Shown: piece by piece, positions 19,620 through 28,611 of the stretch
How positions within the stretch are numbered: the first letter of the stretch is position 1
Layout of the letters: every line of letters starts with the position of its first letter
Origin: Cyanobacteriota bacterium
GTDB taxonomy: Bacteria > Cyanobacteriota > Vampirovibrionia > Vampirovibrionales > Vampirovibrionaceae
Assembly (NCBI GenBank): GCA_019751815.1
Contig: JAIEMW010000001.1
Coordinates: 130,197 to 194,196 of the forward strand
DNA: 64,000 nucleotides
Direction of reading: 5' to 3'
Notes under the pieces: generated by a model
What the model saw: only the letters and a program-made list of their open reading frames with translations
Database searches by the model: none
Told to the model about the DNA's origin: nothing
Program-made: the position numbers and the translations under genes

Positions 19620-20782
19620 GACAGATGAATGTACTGATTTCGCCAGAAAGTATTAAACGCCTGGTGCTGGTGAATTTTGGGGGTATTGGAGACGAGATTT
19701 TATTTTCTCCCGTGATCTCCGAAATCCGTCGCTGTCTGCCAAAGGCTCATATTACCTTGGTTTTAGAAAACCGCAGTGCGGTGGTCAGTGATTTACTGCC
19801 GGAAGTCGATGCGGTGATTGGGGTGGATATTCAAGGTAAACCCCGTGTGCAGATGTTTTTTGAACTCGCAAACTTACTTAAAACCAAATATTTTGATGTG
19901 GTGATTAGTAGCGGCAGTTCCCCGTTTATTTCATTAATGCTGTGGTGGAGCCGTATCCCTTACAGGGTGGGATTTAACACAGGTTGGCTGAGCCAAAAAT
20001 TACTGCAACTTCAAGCCCCATTGCAGCAAAACCGGTATGCGGCAGAAATGTACTTTGCACTGGCGCAAACATTTTTGCAACAGCTCTTTGGTGCCGCGTA
20101 TCATCCACCAGAACCTGTGGTGCCTTTACTGGCTGTCGCGGAAACAGAGCACCCTTCAGAAGCTGAGCGGGTAGGCCGTTTGCTAGAAACACATTTCCCA
20201 GGCCGATCCAGCAGTGAACGTTACCGTTTTTTGGTGCTGATCCATCCCGGGGTGAGTCGCGTGAGTTTGCAAAAAGGGATTGATAAAACCTGGCCTGCTG
20301 AATCTTGGGCTGAGCTGATTTTAACCCTCACTCAGCAAGACTGCGATGTGGCCTTGGTGGGAGGCCCCGATGATGCCCGCGTGGTCAATGATATTTTAGA
20401 GGCCTTGGGCGATAATTTACCCCCTTACTTTGCCAATTTATACGGTCAGACCAAGTCTCTCAAAGAATTGGCTTTGCTGATGAACCGGGTTGATTGTGTG
20501 GTGTCAGTCGATTCCGCCCCAATGCATTGCGCGGTTGGGCTGAAACGACCACTGATTGCTCTGTTTGGCCCTACAGATGAGAAAAAATTATTGCCACGTG
20601 TTTCGTGGGTACGCCCCATGATACGGTCAGAACTGACTTGTAGGCCTTGTCTATGGTCTTACCGAAATCAAAATTGTGAAACGTCCACCTGTTTAAATGT
20701 GGATGTCACGGTGATGAGCAAGGCCGTTATCCATATGTTGCATCAACAACGGCCGTCGGCGCGGTATTTGTCTCAGAGCTGA
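19616..20782 (+). CDS. glycosyltransferase family 9 (ADP-heptose:LPS heptosyltransferase-like)
   Basis: ATG overlaps the ligase stop (ATGA). N-terminus KRLVLVNFGGIGDEILFSPVISEIRR is the GT9 signature. C-terminus SVDSAPMHCAVGLKRPLIALFGPT. Confidence 0.75.
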   Translation: MRQMNVLISPESIKRLVLVNFGGIGDEILFSPVISEIRRCLPKAHITLVLENRSAVVSDLLPEVDAVIGVDIQGKPRVQMFFELANLLKTKYFDVVISSGSSPFISLMLWWSRIPYRVGFNTGWLSQKLLQLQAPLQQNRYAAEMYFALAQTFLQQLFGAAYHPPEPVVPLLAVAETEHPSEAERVGRLLETHFPGRSSSERYRFLVLIHPGVSRVSLQKGIDKTWPAESWAELILTLTQQDCDVALVGGPDDARVVNDILEALGDNLPPYFANLYGQTKSLKELALLMNRVDCVVSVDSAPMHCAVGLKRPLIALFGPTDEKKLLPRVSWVRPMIRSELTCRPCLWSYRNQNCETSTCLNVDVTVMSKAVIHMLHQQRPSARYLSQS

Positions 20783-22688
20783 TTGCGCTTCCAGTAATAT
20801 ATGGAAGCGTGAATGTGGCCTCAAAGCGAGAATAAACGGGGTCAAAAGAAAGTTGAATTTCTCCGCCCATGGCCTCAACCAAGCCTTTGGTAATAAATAG
20901 TCCAAGCCCACTGCCCCGTGTGGTTCGGGTCATGGTATCGTCGAGTCTCTTAAATTTTTCAAATAATGTATTTAAGCTATTTTCGGGTAAATATTCAGAT
21001 TGATTCTGAATCCGAATCCGAACGAACTGCATGCCGACAGTGTTCGGCTTGGGGGCTTCTACGTAAAGATCGATCGGCGTATCACTGATGGAGTATTTCA
21101 CCGCATTGTCCAATAAATTTAACAGTACCTGCTCCAGTCGATCTGGGTCAGCTAGCACGGTGATTTCTTGATTGCCATCCTGATTAGGAGGCAAATGGCG
21201 AATGATGTCTCGGTGTTCTTTCTGCTGAATGAACTGGACAGCACTCTCAAGCGCAGGAAACAGTGCCACATGATCGGGAAAAACCCGGATACCCCCTGTT
21301 TCTAGATCAGGAATCACCAGCAAATCATCCACCAAGCGTGTTAATCGATCGGCTTGCTGTTTAATCACTTTCAAACTTTTGATACGGGTGTCTGTGTCCA
21401 ATGTTTGATCGTAGCGAATTAAGCGAGACGTATATCCCTTGATACTCGTCAGTGGCGTGCGTAATTCATGGCTGACAGTATCAATCAGGTTTGATTTGAG
21501 ATCATCGAGTTTTGCAAGTTGATCGTTGGCGGTGCGGAGTTCTTGATTTAATACCTGACTCTCTTCCCAGGCCTCCGACATTTGCCGGGCCATCCGGTTA
21601 AATTCACCCGCGAGAACCACAATTTCAACTGGGGTTGCTGAATTGGTAATTAACCGAATGCGCCGAGAATAATTGCCTTCAGCGACAGCCTTAATCCCCT
21701 TGATGAGTTGACGAAAGTTGCGGTTAATACCCAACACGTAGGTGATTGCCAAAATAATAATCAGAATAAAGGCTGCCCCCATCAAGATCAGGGTTTGGTT
21801 TCGGGCGCGTTTGATAAATTTTTGTCGAACATGATACGGTGACTCAATCACAATGCCGACGTTCAGCGCGGGAAGTTTCACCAAGACCTTATCAATGTTG
21901 GGTACCGTGTCATTATCGTTGAAATCATCTTCAGCTTGGCTGACCCCTTCGGTCATGCCCTGGAAGCGCTGTAAAATATCAGTACTCACCATAGTTTGCT
22001 GCTGCACCATGGCAGGTGTTATCCCAGGGCCCGTCAGGATATGTCCTGCAGAATCAACCATGTAAAAACCGTTGTACAGGGTCTTCTGATAACTTTTTAC
22101 CAGATGTGTGAGTGGGTCAAAACGCTTGTAAAACAGGACATAGCCATGATAAATGGGATGAATGATCTGTAAATAGTAGTCACCCTTTTCCAAGTAGAGC
22201 AAGGCAAATTGGAGGTGTGTTATTTTTCTGGCGGGGAGTGATTTGGGTGCAATTTTCTCAAAAACAGAGGCCGTGCTCACTAAAGGGAGTGTGTGTATCT
22301 GCTTTCCCTGAGCGTTATAGAGTGCGGCGTATTCTGTATGCGGGACCAATTGCTCGACGCGTTTTGCGATGGTGTCAAAACGTTGTTTGCTGATTGACAT
22401 GCCTGAATGGGGATTGGAAAAAGAAGATTCTTGAATCACCACACTGACGACGCGTTGCTGCTCATTCTGCCAGTCCATCATGCTGGTGATGTCATTGAAA
22501 AGGGTATCTGCCGTGTGCTCTGTAAATTTAACGAGCTCTTTTTTCAGTGCCTTTTGGTTAATGTTGTAAATTAAAATGCTCACGCCCATGAGCGGCAGCA
22601 GAACAGCAATCACAAAATAGATGATAATCTGCTGGTATAGCTTAAAACGAGGGGCCTTGAAGCCCGGCCAGGCACGAAATAACCGCAT
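20727..22688 (-). CDS. sensor histidine kinase (extracytoplasmic sensing domain, HAMP, HisKA, HATPase_c)
   Basis: Two TM segments. H-box SHELRTPLTSIKGY; N/G boxes LLNLLDNAVKYS and GSGLGLFITKGLVEAMGG. The 3' end overlaps the GT9 gene convergently by 56 nt. Confidence 0.85.
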   Translation of the reverse strand: MRLFRAWPGFKAPRFKLYQQIIIYFVIAVLLPLMGVSILIYNINQKALKKELVKFTEHTADTLFNDITSMMDWQNEQQRVVSVVIQESSFSNPHSGMSISKQRFDTIAKRVEQLVPHTEYAALYNAQGKQIHTLPLVSTASVFEKIAPKSLPARKITHLQFALLYLEKGDYYLQIIHPIYHGYVLFYKRFDPLTHLVKSYQKTLYNGFYMVDSAGHILTGPGITPAMVQQQTMVSTDILQRFQGMTEGVSQAEDDFNDNDTVPNIDKVLVKLPALNVGIVIESPYHVRQKFIKRARNQTLILMGAAFILIIILAITYVLGINRNFRQLIKGIKAVAEGNYSRRIRLITNSATPVEIVVLAGEFNRMARQMSEAWEESQVLNQELRTANDQLAKLDDLKSNLIDTVSHELRTPLTSIKGYTSRLIRYDQTLDTDTRIKSLKVIKQQADRLTRLVDDLLVIPDLETGGIRVFPDHVALFPALESAVQFIQQKEHRDIIRHLPPNQDGNQEITVLADPDRLEQVLLNLLDNAVKYSISDTPIDLYVEAPKPNTVGMQFVRIRIQNQSEYLPENSLNTLFEKFKRLDDTMTRTTRGSGLGLFITKGLVEAMGGEIQLSFDPVYSRFEATFTLPYITGSAISSETNTAPTAVVDATYG

Positions 22689-22690
22689 TG

Positions 22691-23449
22691 TTAGGGAGAC
22701 CCTGCTGGCAGGCTGGAAGCGTCTAGTGAAGAAGTAGCGCGGATTTCCGTGTTGAGTCGGTAGCCCACGTGGGTCACTGTTTCCAGATACAGCGGTTTCT
22801 TGTGATCGCTTTCGACCTTCTGACGAAGCCCGCCCATATGAACGCGTAACATCCGCACATCTTCATCGGCGTCATATCCCCAGACCTCTTGTAAGATGGT
22901 GGCCAAGGGGACAGCCTCATTGGCGTGTTGCATTAAACAATAGAGTATTTCAAATTCGGTGGGGGTGAGCTTCATCACGCGGTCTTGTAAAATCACTTCC
23001 AGTGAGGCAGGGAGCAATTTAAAATCCCCATTTTGTAAGATTTCTTCTTTGTTACTGGACGCCTGTGTTTTCTGTGCGGCCCCTGTCCGACGAAACAGCG
23101 CGCGCATTCTCACCATTAATTCTTGAAACTCGAAGGGTTTGACCAGATAATCATCTGCTCCGGCATTAAAGCCACGAACTTTATCGCCGAGCGTACCTTT
23201 GGCGGTGAGAAGAATAATGGGTGTTTGGGCGGCTTGTCGACTGGCCCGAATTTTTTTGCAGGCCTCGTACCCGTCCAATTTGGGCATCATCACGTCCAGG
23301 ATAATCAAATCATAGCGCTTATTCTCGGCTTTTTTCACGCCCCCCATGCCGTCATGGGCGTGATCGACCTGAAAGCCCATTAATTCGAGATCCAGGCGCA
23401 AGAGATCCACGATTTCTGGATCATCGTCCACAATCAGTATATCGACCAT
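22691..23449 (-). CDS. OmpR-family response regulator
   Basis: REC domain ILIVDDDPEIVDLL...LIILDVMMPKLDG with a winged-helix DNA-binding C-terminus (LTPTEFEILYCLMQHANEAV...GYRL). It ends 2 nt after the kinase start. Confidence 0.9.
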   Translation of the reverse strand: MVDILIVDDDPEIVDLLRLDLELMGFQVDHAHDGMGGVKKAENKRYDLIILDVMMPKLDGYEACKKIRASRQAAQTPIILLTAKGTLGDKVRGFNAGADDYLVKPFEFQELMVRMRALFRRTGAAQKTQASSNKEEILQNGDFKLLPASLEVILQDRVMKLTPTEFEILYCLMQHANEAVPLATILQEVWGYDADEDVRMLRVHMGGLRQKVESDHKKPLYLETVTHVGYRLNTEIRATSSLDASSLPAGSP

Positions 23450-23497
23450 TCAAATGCCCTCTATTGAAATGCCTTGGGGGTGAAATGCCTTGGGGGG
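23450..23497. repeat. tandem 16-bp repeat TGAAATGCCTTGGGGG x2 plus a partial third copy, in the 5' leader of the OmpR-type regulator gene
   Basis: Seen directly. On the coding (minus) strand it reads CCCCCAAGGCATTTCA x2 immediately upstream of the SD (AGAGGG) and ATG. Confidence 0.8.
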
Positions 23498-23644
23498 ATT
23501 AATCATGTGAGCATTTTACTACAAAGGCATCAGGATTTATTGTTCCAGCCTTTCTGGGTTTGCAGGCGATAAAATCTTGGCTGTGAAATAATGAAAACAG
23601 AAGCCAAAATAGATGGCCTTATAGACAAAAAGGGTTTGTCACTC

Positions 23645-24034
23645 ATGTTAAAAGCAGTTCGAGGTGCGACCACGATTCCGACCGCGACCCCTCTTGAGGG
23701 CGATCCGCGGCAAGTATACCGTGATGCTTTGCTCAGCTTGGTGAAAATCTTACTCGAGAAGAATCACATTGCCTCTGAGCAAATCCTCAGTGTGTTTTTC
23801 ACCGTCACACCTGATTTGACGGCTTACTCTCCTGCCAAAATTGTTCGAGAAGCAATGGGGTGGGACACTGTTGCCATTATGTGTGCCCAAGAACCTGTTA
23901 TTGAAGATTTTCCCGATCGATGTGTGCGCATCCTGATCCAGTGGGAACCCTCATCCCAAGAGGCCGCCGCGCAGCCCGTGTCCCATGCGTACCTCAATAA
24001 TGCCGCTGGCTTAAGACCGGATTGGTCTTCTTAA
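23645..24034 (+). CDS. aroH: chorismate mutase, AroH class
   Basis: MLKAVRGATTIP...ILSVFFTVTPDLTAYSPAKIVREAMGWDTVAIMCAQE matches monofunctional AroH-type CM. About 129 aa from this ATG; an upstream ATG at 23591 is also possible. Confidence 0.75.
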   Translation: MLKAVRGATTIPTATPLEGDPRQVYRDALLSLVKILLEKNHIASEQILSVFFTVTPDLTAYSPAKIVREAMGWDTVAIMCAQEPVIEDFPDRCVRILIQWEPSSQEAAAQPVSHAYLNNAAGLRPDWSS

Positions 24035-24108
24035 ACCCGGACCAGAAAACTTACTAGCATCAAAACCCAAATTATCGGTTTTATATTTTTAGGAATATGT
24101 GATCGATT

Positions 24109-25236
24109 TTGAGCACGATCGCACATATCGCCTTGAATGGGCACTGGGGATACATAAGGCGTATTGACGGGATGTCGACAATGACACCAATTGGAATGCT
24201 ACCGAATGGGACGGGATTTATGCAGGGCACAGGCCAGTATAATCCCCAACAATCAAGTTTTTCACCGGCGGGTTTTCCTCCACAGGGACTGGCAGTGAAC
24301 GGTCCGGTGGATATTTTGGTGCCAAAACCGATGCCCGGTATGCCGGCCTCATCGATGCCGCCCGTGATGATTCGGCCCAGCCAGCAAGGGGCTTATCCTG
24401 CCAGTGGCTTACCGCCACTGCCAGCACCATCTTACTCAATGGGTCCAGTGAATTACGCACAATCGATTCCAATGGCGGCATTACCGGATATTCCGCCGCC
24501 CCACCTGGTGGCACCCAACTTGTTCAGACCCAACTGGGTGAACGTACCGCCCAACACGGGACGTATTGGGGATATCCAGAATAACTTCTATAACAACCAA
24601 AGCGGTTATCCACCCGTGCCATACACACCTGCTTGGCCGGGATACCCTAATATGGCACCCTATCCGGGGATGCAACCCCCGCAAGGGCCTGCAGCGGCCC
24701 CACTCCCAAAGCCGCCTGAAAATATGCCGCCTGCTCCAGCACAGCCTGCACCGCCGGCCGTGCCAGAACAGAAGGGTCCCTCCTCTACAGCATTCCCTGT
24801 AGGCGGGCTCGATGATGCCACGGTCCGAAGTTTGAACGAACGGCTCAATAATGCCGTGCCTGGCGTCAGAGGCAAGGCGGGGATGGATCTCTTTAACATT
24901 CTCAGTGCCAATCCAGCACTGGCCACAGATCCACAGACCAAACCGTATGTCGATGCTTTCGTCCAAAAAATTATGAGCGATCCAGACTCATTGGTCCGTC
25001 AGTCCATGATTTTGGCCATGGATATGGGCATCATCAAGCAGGTCCCAGATACGGTGATTCAGCGTATGAGACAACTGCAGAGTCAGGAAGGCATGTATGG
25101 GTTGGAAAAAGGCGATATCGCTAAAATTCTCCCAACCTTAAATTTACCAACGGAAAATCAATTAATCCCGCCAGCGGCCAACGCCAATAGCAACGCCCCA
25201 GCGGGACAACGCTTAAATGTGGTTAGCCATAGTTAG
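24109..25236 (+). CDS. proline-rich hypothetical protein with ~150-aa globular C-terminal domain
   Basis: 375-aa ORF, the N-terminal two-thirds Pro/Gly/Met-rich. No recognisable domain; the true start may be downstream (MSTMTPIGM). Confidence 0.4.
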   Translation: MSTIAHIALNGHWGYIRRIDGMSTMTPIGMLPNGTGFMQGTGQYNPQQSSFSPAGFPPQGLAVNGPVDILVPKPMPGMPASSMPPVMIRPSQQGAYPASGLPPLPAPSYSMGPVNYAQSIPMAALPDIPPPHLVAPNLFRPNWVNVPPNTGRIGDIQNNFYNNQSGYPPVPYTPAWPGYPNMAPYPGMQPPQGPAAAPLPKPPENMPPAPAQPAPPAVPEQKGPSSTAFPVGGLDDATVRSLNERLNNAVPGVRGKAGMDLFNILSANPALATDPQTKPYVDAFVQKIMSDPDSLVRQSMILAMDMGIIKQVPDTVIQRMRQLQSQEGMYGLEKGDIAKILPTLNLPTENQLIPPAANANSNAPAGQRLNVVSHS

Positions 25237-25248
25237 GGAAACAGACAA

Positions 25249-25872
25249 ATGGCCTCAAATATTGGAATCAAAATAGCCGGGATCGCTGCCGCTGCAATTG
25301 CAGGGTGGATGGTGAAAGACCGCTATAACGGCAATGCCGGGAAATGGATGCAGCAATATAACGCCCACGAGATGGAGCTAGAATATGACTACATGAAATA
25401 TGGCTTTGGCCATTATTCGGGCCGTCCTGGTATGGACGGCATGGCCCATGGGCTTAAACGACAAAGCTTGTTTGGCCCCGGTGGGGTTCTATCCATCTAC
25501 AGCCGGATTAAGACCCAGGTGGAAGGGTTTGTAAACGACGTTCTCCTGACCCCTGAGGCTGCCATAACGGCCGGTGGTTTATATATGGCCTTGGGTAAAA
25601 AGCTGTTTACGCCCTTTAAGTTTATTGGGCGCGTGATTAAAGATTCTGTCACTAAGCCGACCGGCTTGGTGCGAATGGCCGGTAAGGGGATCATGAGTCT
25701 CTTGGGCAAAATCAAGTTTGGGAATCCAGGGGCACTCATCGCCAAAATGGGCTGGGGAGCCCCCTTGGTAGCCTTAGCACTGGGTTACTTTGCCTACACG
25801 TTCTACCGAGTGAACTCGCACGAGGAACAACATGACTACTGGCGTGACTTTACGTCGGGTGCAAGCCACTAG
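25249..25872 (+). CDS. hypothetical membrane protein
   Basis: 13 nt after the previous gene. N-terminal GIKIAGIAAAAIAGWMV and C-terminal GAPLVALALGYFAYTFY hydrophobic helices. Followed by a rho-independent terminator. Confidence 0.45.
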   Translation: MASNIGIKIAGIAAAAIAGWMVKDRYNGNAGKWMQQYNAHEMELEYDYMKYGFGHYSGRPGMDGMAHGLKRQSLFGPGGVLSIYSRIKTQVEGFVNDVLLTPEAAITAGGLYMALGKKLFTPFKFIGRVIKDSVTKPTGLVRMAGKGIMSLLGKIKFGNPGALIAKMGWGAPLVALALGYFAYTFYRVNSHEEQHDYWRDFTSGASH

Positions 25873-25880
25873 ATAAACAA

Positions 25881-25916
25881 AGCCCTCCAAGCAATACCTT
25901 GCTGGAGGGCTTTTAA
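25881..25916 (+). terminator. rho-independent terminator after hypothetical gene 25249-25872
   Basis: aGCCCTCCAAGCAAtaccTTGCTGGAGGGCtttt. Confidence 0.75.
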
Positions 25917-25931
25917 GTAATTTAAGTCAAT

Positions 25932-25993
25932 GGCTACTGACGCTATTAGTAACAGGCTACTGGACGTCGTTTGTAAATGGGCTACTGGACGTA
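25932..25993. repeat. three spaced copies of GGCTACTG(G)ACG; the last copy overlaps the final codons of the sigma factor gene
   Basis: ggctactgacgc, ggctactggacgtcg, ggctactggacgtag at roughly 23-bp spacing. Confidence 0.7.
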
Positions 25994-26686
25994 GCCCTTA
26001 CGCGTCAATTCCAATTTAATCTTGTCCAGACCAGACTGTACGATGCGTGAAATCCGAGACGGTGAGATATTAAAGGCATCACCAATCTCACGCATTTTCA
26101 TGTTCTTGTAGAAGCGGGCTTCAATGATCTGACGCTCCCGCTCAGGCAGCTTGGTAATGGCTTCGCGGACCAGTTTCGCCATTTCCTTCAATTCACTGCG
26201 TTCTTCCGGCGTATAAGAACCATCCCGAATCTCGTGCGGGTTTTCCGCATCCATCATGCTGTCAACAGACAAAATGGTCTCGTACACAGCTTCACGCACT
26301 TGGGTTTTTTCCGCTTCAAAACCGTCTCCGGCGACACTGCTGTCAGTGGCCGTGGCGTCATCATCTTTGGAACCGTCCATGCTCACCTGTTTGAGGGCAT
26401 ACCATTTGTAACGGTACCGTAATTCGTTGCGGATCGCCCATTTAATGGCCGTGGATAAATAGGTAACGTTATATTCTGTGTTGGGATTGGACGTCAGCAA
26501 GACGTGAACAGCAATCGCCCCGATATTCACCAGTTCGCTGTGATCGATCAAGTGATTGGGCAGCCGGCTGTATTCCACCCGCGCGACCGTTTCAATCAGA
26601 TCAACATAGTCGTTGACCGTGCGCTGGGGTTTATTGGGACTTGATGACGATTTACCGGTAGTCATAGGAACAGTCTGTACGCTCAT
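25982..26686 (-). CDS. RNA polymerase sigma factor, sigma-70 family group 3 (FliA/SigF-like)
   Basis: ATG at 26684-26686 with GGAG 7 nt upstream. Region 2 ELVNIGAIAVHVLL...YLSTAIKWAIRNELRYR; region 4 LPERERQIIEARFYKNMKMREIGDAFNISPSRISRIVQSGLDKIK. Confidence 0.85.
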   Translation of the reverse strand: MSVQTVPMTTGKSSSSPNKPQRTVNDYVDLIETVARVEYSRLPNHLIDHSELVNIGAIAVHVLLTSNPNTEYNVTYLSTAIKWAIRNELRYRYKWYALKQVSMDGSKDDDATATDSSVAGDGFEAEKTQVREAVYETILSVDSMMDAENPHEIRDGSYTPEERSELKEMAKLVREAITKLPERERQIIEARFYKNMKMREIGDAFNISPSRISRIVQSGLDKIKLELTRKGYVQ

Positions 26687-26803
26687 TCGTAACTCCACTC
26701 TAAAAATTGTACACTGAAAGGCCGAAAAGCCTAAAATGTAATCGAAACCGTGCTTAGGGCACACACACCCGTGTGATCATATAACCTCCATCCTCGTGAC
26801 TCA

Positions 26804-26821
26804 TAGCTATCGAACGATAGC
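26804..26821. promoter_or_regulatory. palindrome AGCTATCG-AA-CGATAGC upstream of the sigma factor gene (candidate operator)
   Basis: 7-bp perfect arms about 120 nt upstream of the ATG at 26686. Confidence 0.35.
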
Positions 26822-27262
26822 ATCCCCTGATAATGACTTCTTGATAAGAAAAATTGAGACCGTTAGTGAGAACGCACTAATCCAAAAAGTTGGCTTAATC
26901 CAAAAAATTAGATTGATGCGCTTGGCCCATCAGCAGCCGAATATCGAGTATTCGATGACTCAACTGTGAGACGCCACCATAGCGGACCCGTTTCCTGGCG
27001 CCAGGCTTCGGTGGATTGGCTGTTTTACGGTCAAAATCCATCAGATTGATATCGATTGGAGGATGATCCATAGTGCGTTTTCCAAACTCCCGAAATGACC
27101 TAACTTGCAGGATATAAATCCGGCTACTTACCCAAATAAAAACAAACGATCATCCTGAATTGATCGTTTTGCGATTTTTATCCCTCCTTCTGTTGCAATC
27201 TGTTACATCAGGAAGCAAAACACCCGCGTTGTCTATGGAGTCAGTACAATGGATGTAAGATA

Positions 27263-27274
27263 TTGACGCGTCAA
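27263..27274. promoter_or_regulatory. perfect 12-bp palindrome TTGACGCGTCAA immediately upstream of the ybaB RBS
   Basis: Seen directly; it ends 5 nt before AAGGAG. Confidence 0.35.
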
Positions 27275-27293
27275 ACAAGGAGACACTCGCCCA

Positions 27294-27617
27294 ATGATTG
27301 GTTTTGATATCCAGAAAATGATGAAACAAGCCCAAAAAATGCAGGACGATATGAATTCTGTTCAGGCAGAACTCGAACGCTTAGAAGTGCAAGGTTCTGC
27401 AGGCGGCTGGGCAGTTACCGTTTACTGTAACGGGAAACAAGAGTTTAGCCGGGTTAAAATCACAAAAGAAGCTCTGGAAGACAGCGAGATGCTTGAAGAT
27501 TTAGTACTGGCTGCCTTAAAAGATGCCAATCAAAAAGTCGCTGATGCCACTCGCGAGCGGATGGCCTCTGTGACTGCTGGGCTAAATATTCCTGGGCTAA
27601 ATCTCCCTGGTTTTTAA
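27294..27617 (+). CDS. ybaB: nucleoid-associated protein YbaB/EbfC
   Basis: MMKQAQKMQDDMNSVQAELERLEVQGSAGGWAVTVYCNGKQEF...; AAGGAG RBS 13 nt upstream. Confidence 0.9.
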   Translation: MIGFDIQKMMKQAQKMQDDMNSVQAELERLEVQGSAGGWAVTVYCNGKQEFSRVKITKEALEDSEMLEDLVLAALKDANQKVADATRERMASVTAGLNIPGLNLPGF

Positions 27618-27636
27618 CAAGAGGACCTGACACACA

Positions 27637-28239
27637 ATGAGCATGACCTTGCCGCTGGTGCGGTTGATTGAGGCCTTTCAAAAGCTTCCCGGAGTGGGGC
27701 CAAAATCCGCACAACGTCTGGCCTTTCATGTGTTGAAACAGTCCAGTGATGATGTGGGCCAATTTGCAGAAATCCTCAAAGAGGCTAAAGCCCAAATTAG
27801 AGAGTGTCCTGAGTGTTTTAACTTGTCAGGCCAGTCTCCGTGTGAGATTTGCCGAAATAAAAGTCGGGATGCCAATACATTGTGTGTGGTGGCTGAGCCT
27901 TCAGACATCTTTGCCCTCGAGCGAACAGGGGAGTTTCGCGGTCTGTACCATGTGCTGCACGGTCTGATTTCTCCCTTACATGGGATTCAGCCAGAAGATC
28001 TCAAAATTCGTCCTCTGCTGGCCCGCCTGGGAGAAGCCAATCCTATTCGGGAAATTATTTTGGCCCTGCCGCCTTCGATCGAAGGGGATACTACCAGCCT
28101 GTACTTATCCCGTATTATCCAGCCCCTGGGGATTTCTCTGACCCGCATTGCGTTTGGTCTGCCCGTGGGAGGGGATTTGGATTATGCCGATAACCTCACC
28201 ATTAGTCGGGCCTTGGCCGGTCGGGTGCCAATTTCATAA
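27637..28239 (+). CDS. recR: recombination protein RecR
   Basis: HhH (LPGVGPKSAQRLAFHVL), C4 zinc finger (CPECFNLSGQSPCEIC), Toprim domain. Confidence 0.93.
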   Translation: MSMTLPLVRLIEAFQKLPGVGPKSAQRLAFHVLKQSSDDVGQFAEILKEAKAQIRECPECFNLSGQSPCEICRNKSRDANTLCVVAEPSDIFALERTGEFRGLYHVLHGLISPLHGIQPEDLKIRPLLARLGEANPIREIILALPPSIEGDTTSLYLSRIIQPLGISLTRIAFGLPVGGDLDYADNLTISRALAGRVPIS

Positions 28240-28611
28240 AAAATATAACAAGAAGAAAAAGCAGAGGCTCCGGCCAAGAATCGCGTTTGAGTTGAGCGTC
28301 TTCACGATAGATGGGAACCGGAGCCAGTTACGTGTGTTAGTATCCACCGATCATTGCTGATCGAATTACCACCCGCTTCATGTGTTGTATTTACCAAACA
28401 TCGTTAGTTTAGTGGGTTTCGAGGTGAGTTTCGACCTGTGTTTGGAGGAAATACGGCGTGTATCCCCCTCTTTTTCTCATCTATATAGAGGATATTTGGG
28501 GTTTTTGATTCAAGCCCTTCAGTAGCACAAAAAACGCCCAAAACACGTTTATGCATGTATCGATATTGATCGAGATTTTTTTACGGGGACACAGACAAGG
28601 ACACGGGCGAT

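Noticed and set aside
27241-27262. Possible LexA-type SOS box (AGTACaatgGATGTA) upstream of ybaB-recR
   Set aside because: It does not fit the cyanobacterial RGTAC-N3-DGTWC consensus, nor the CGAAC-N4-GTTCG or GTTC-N7-GTTC consensus, without multiple mismatches.
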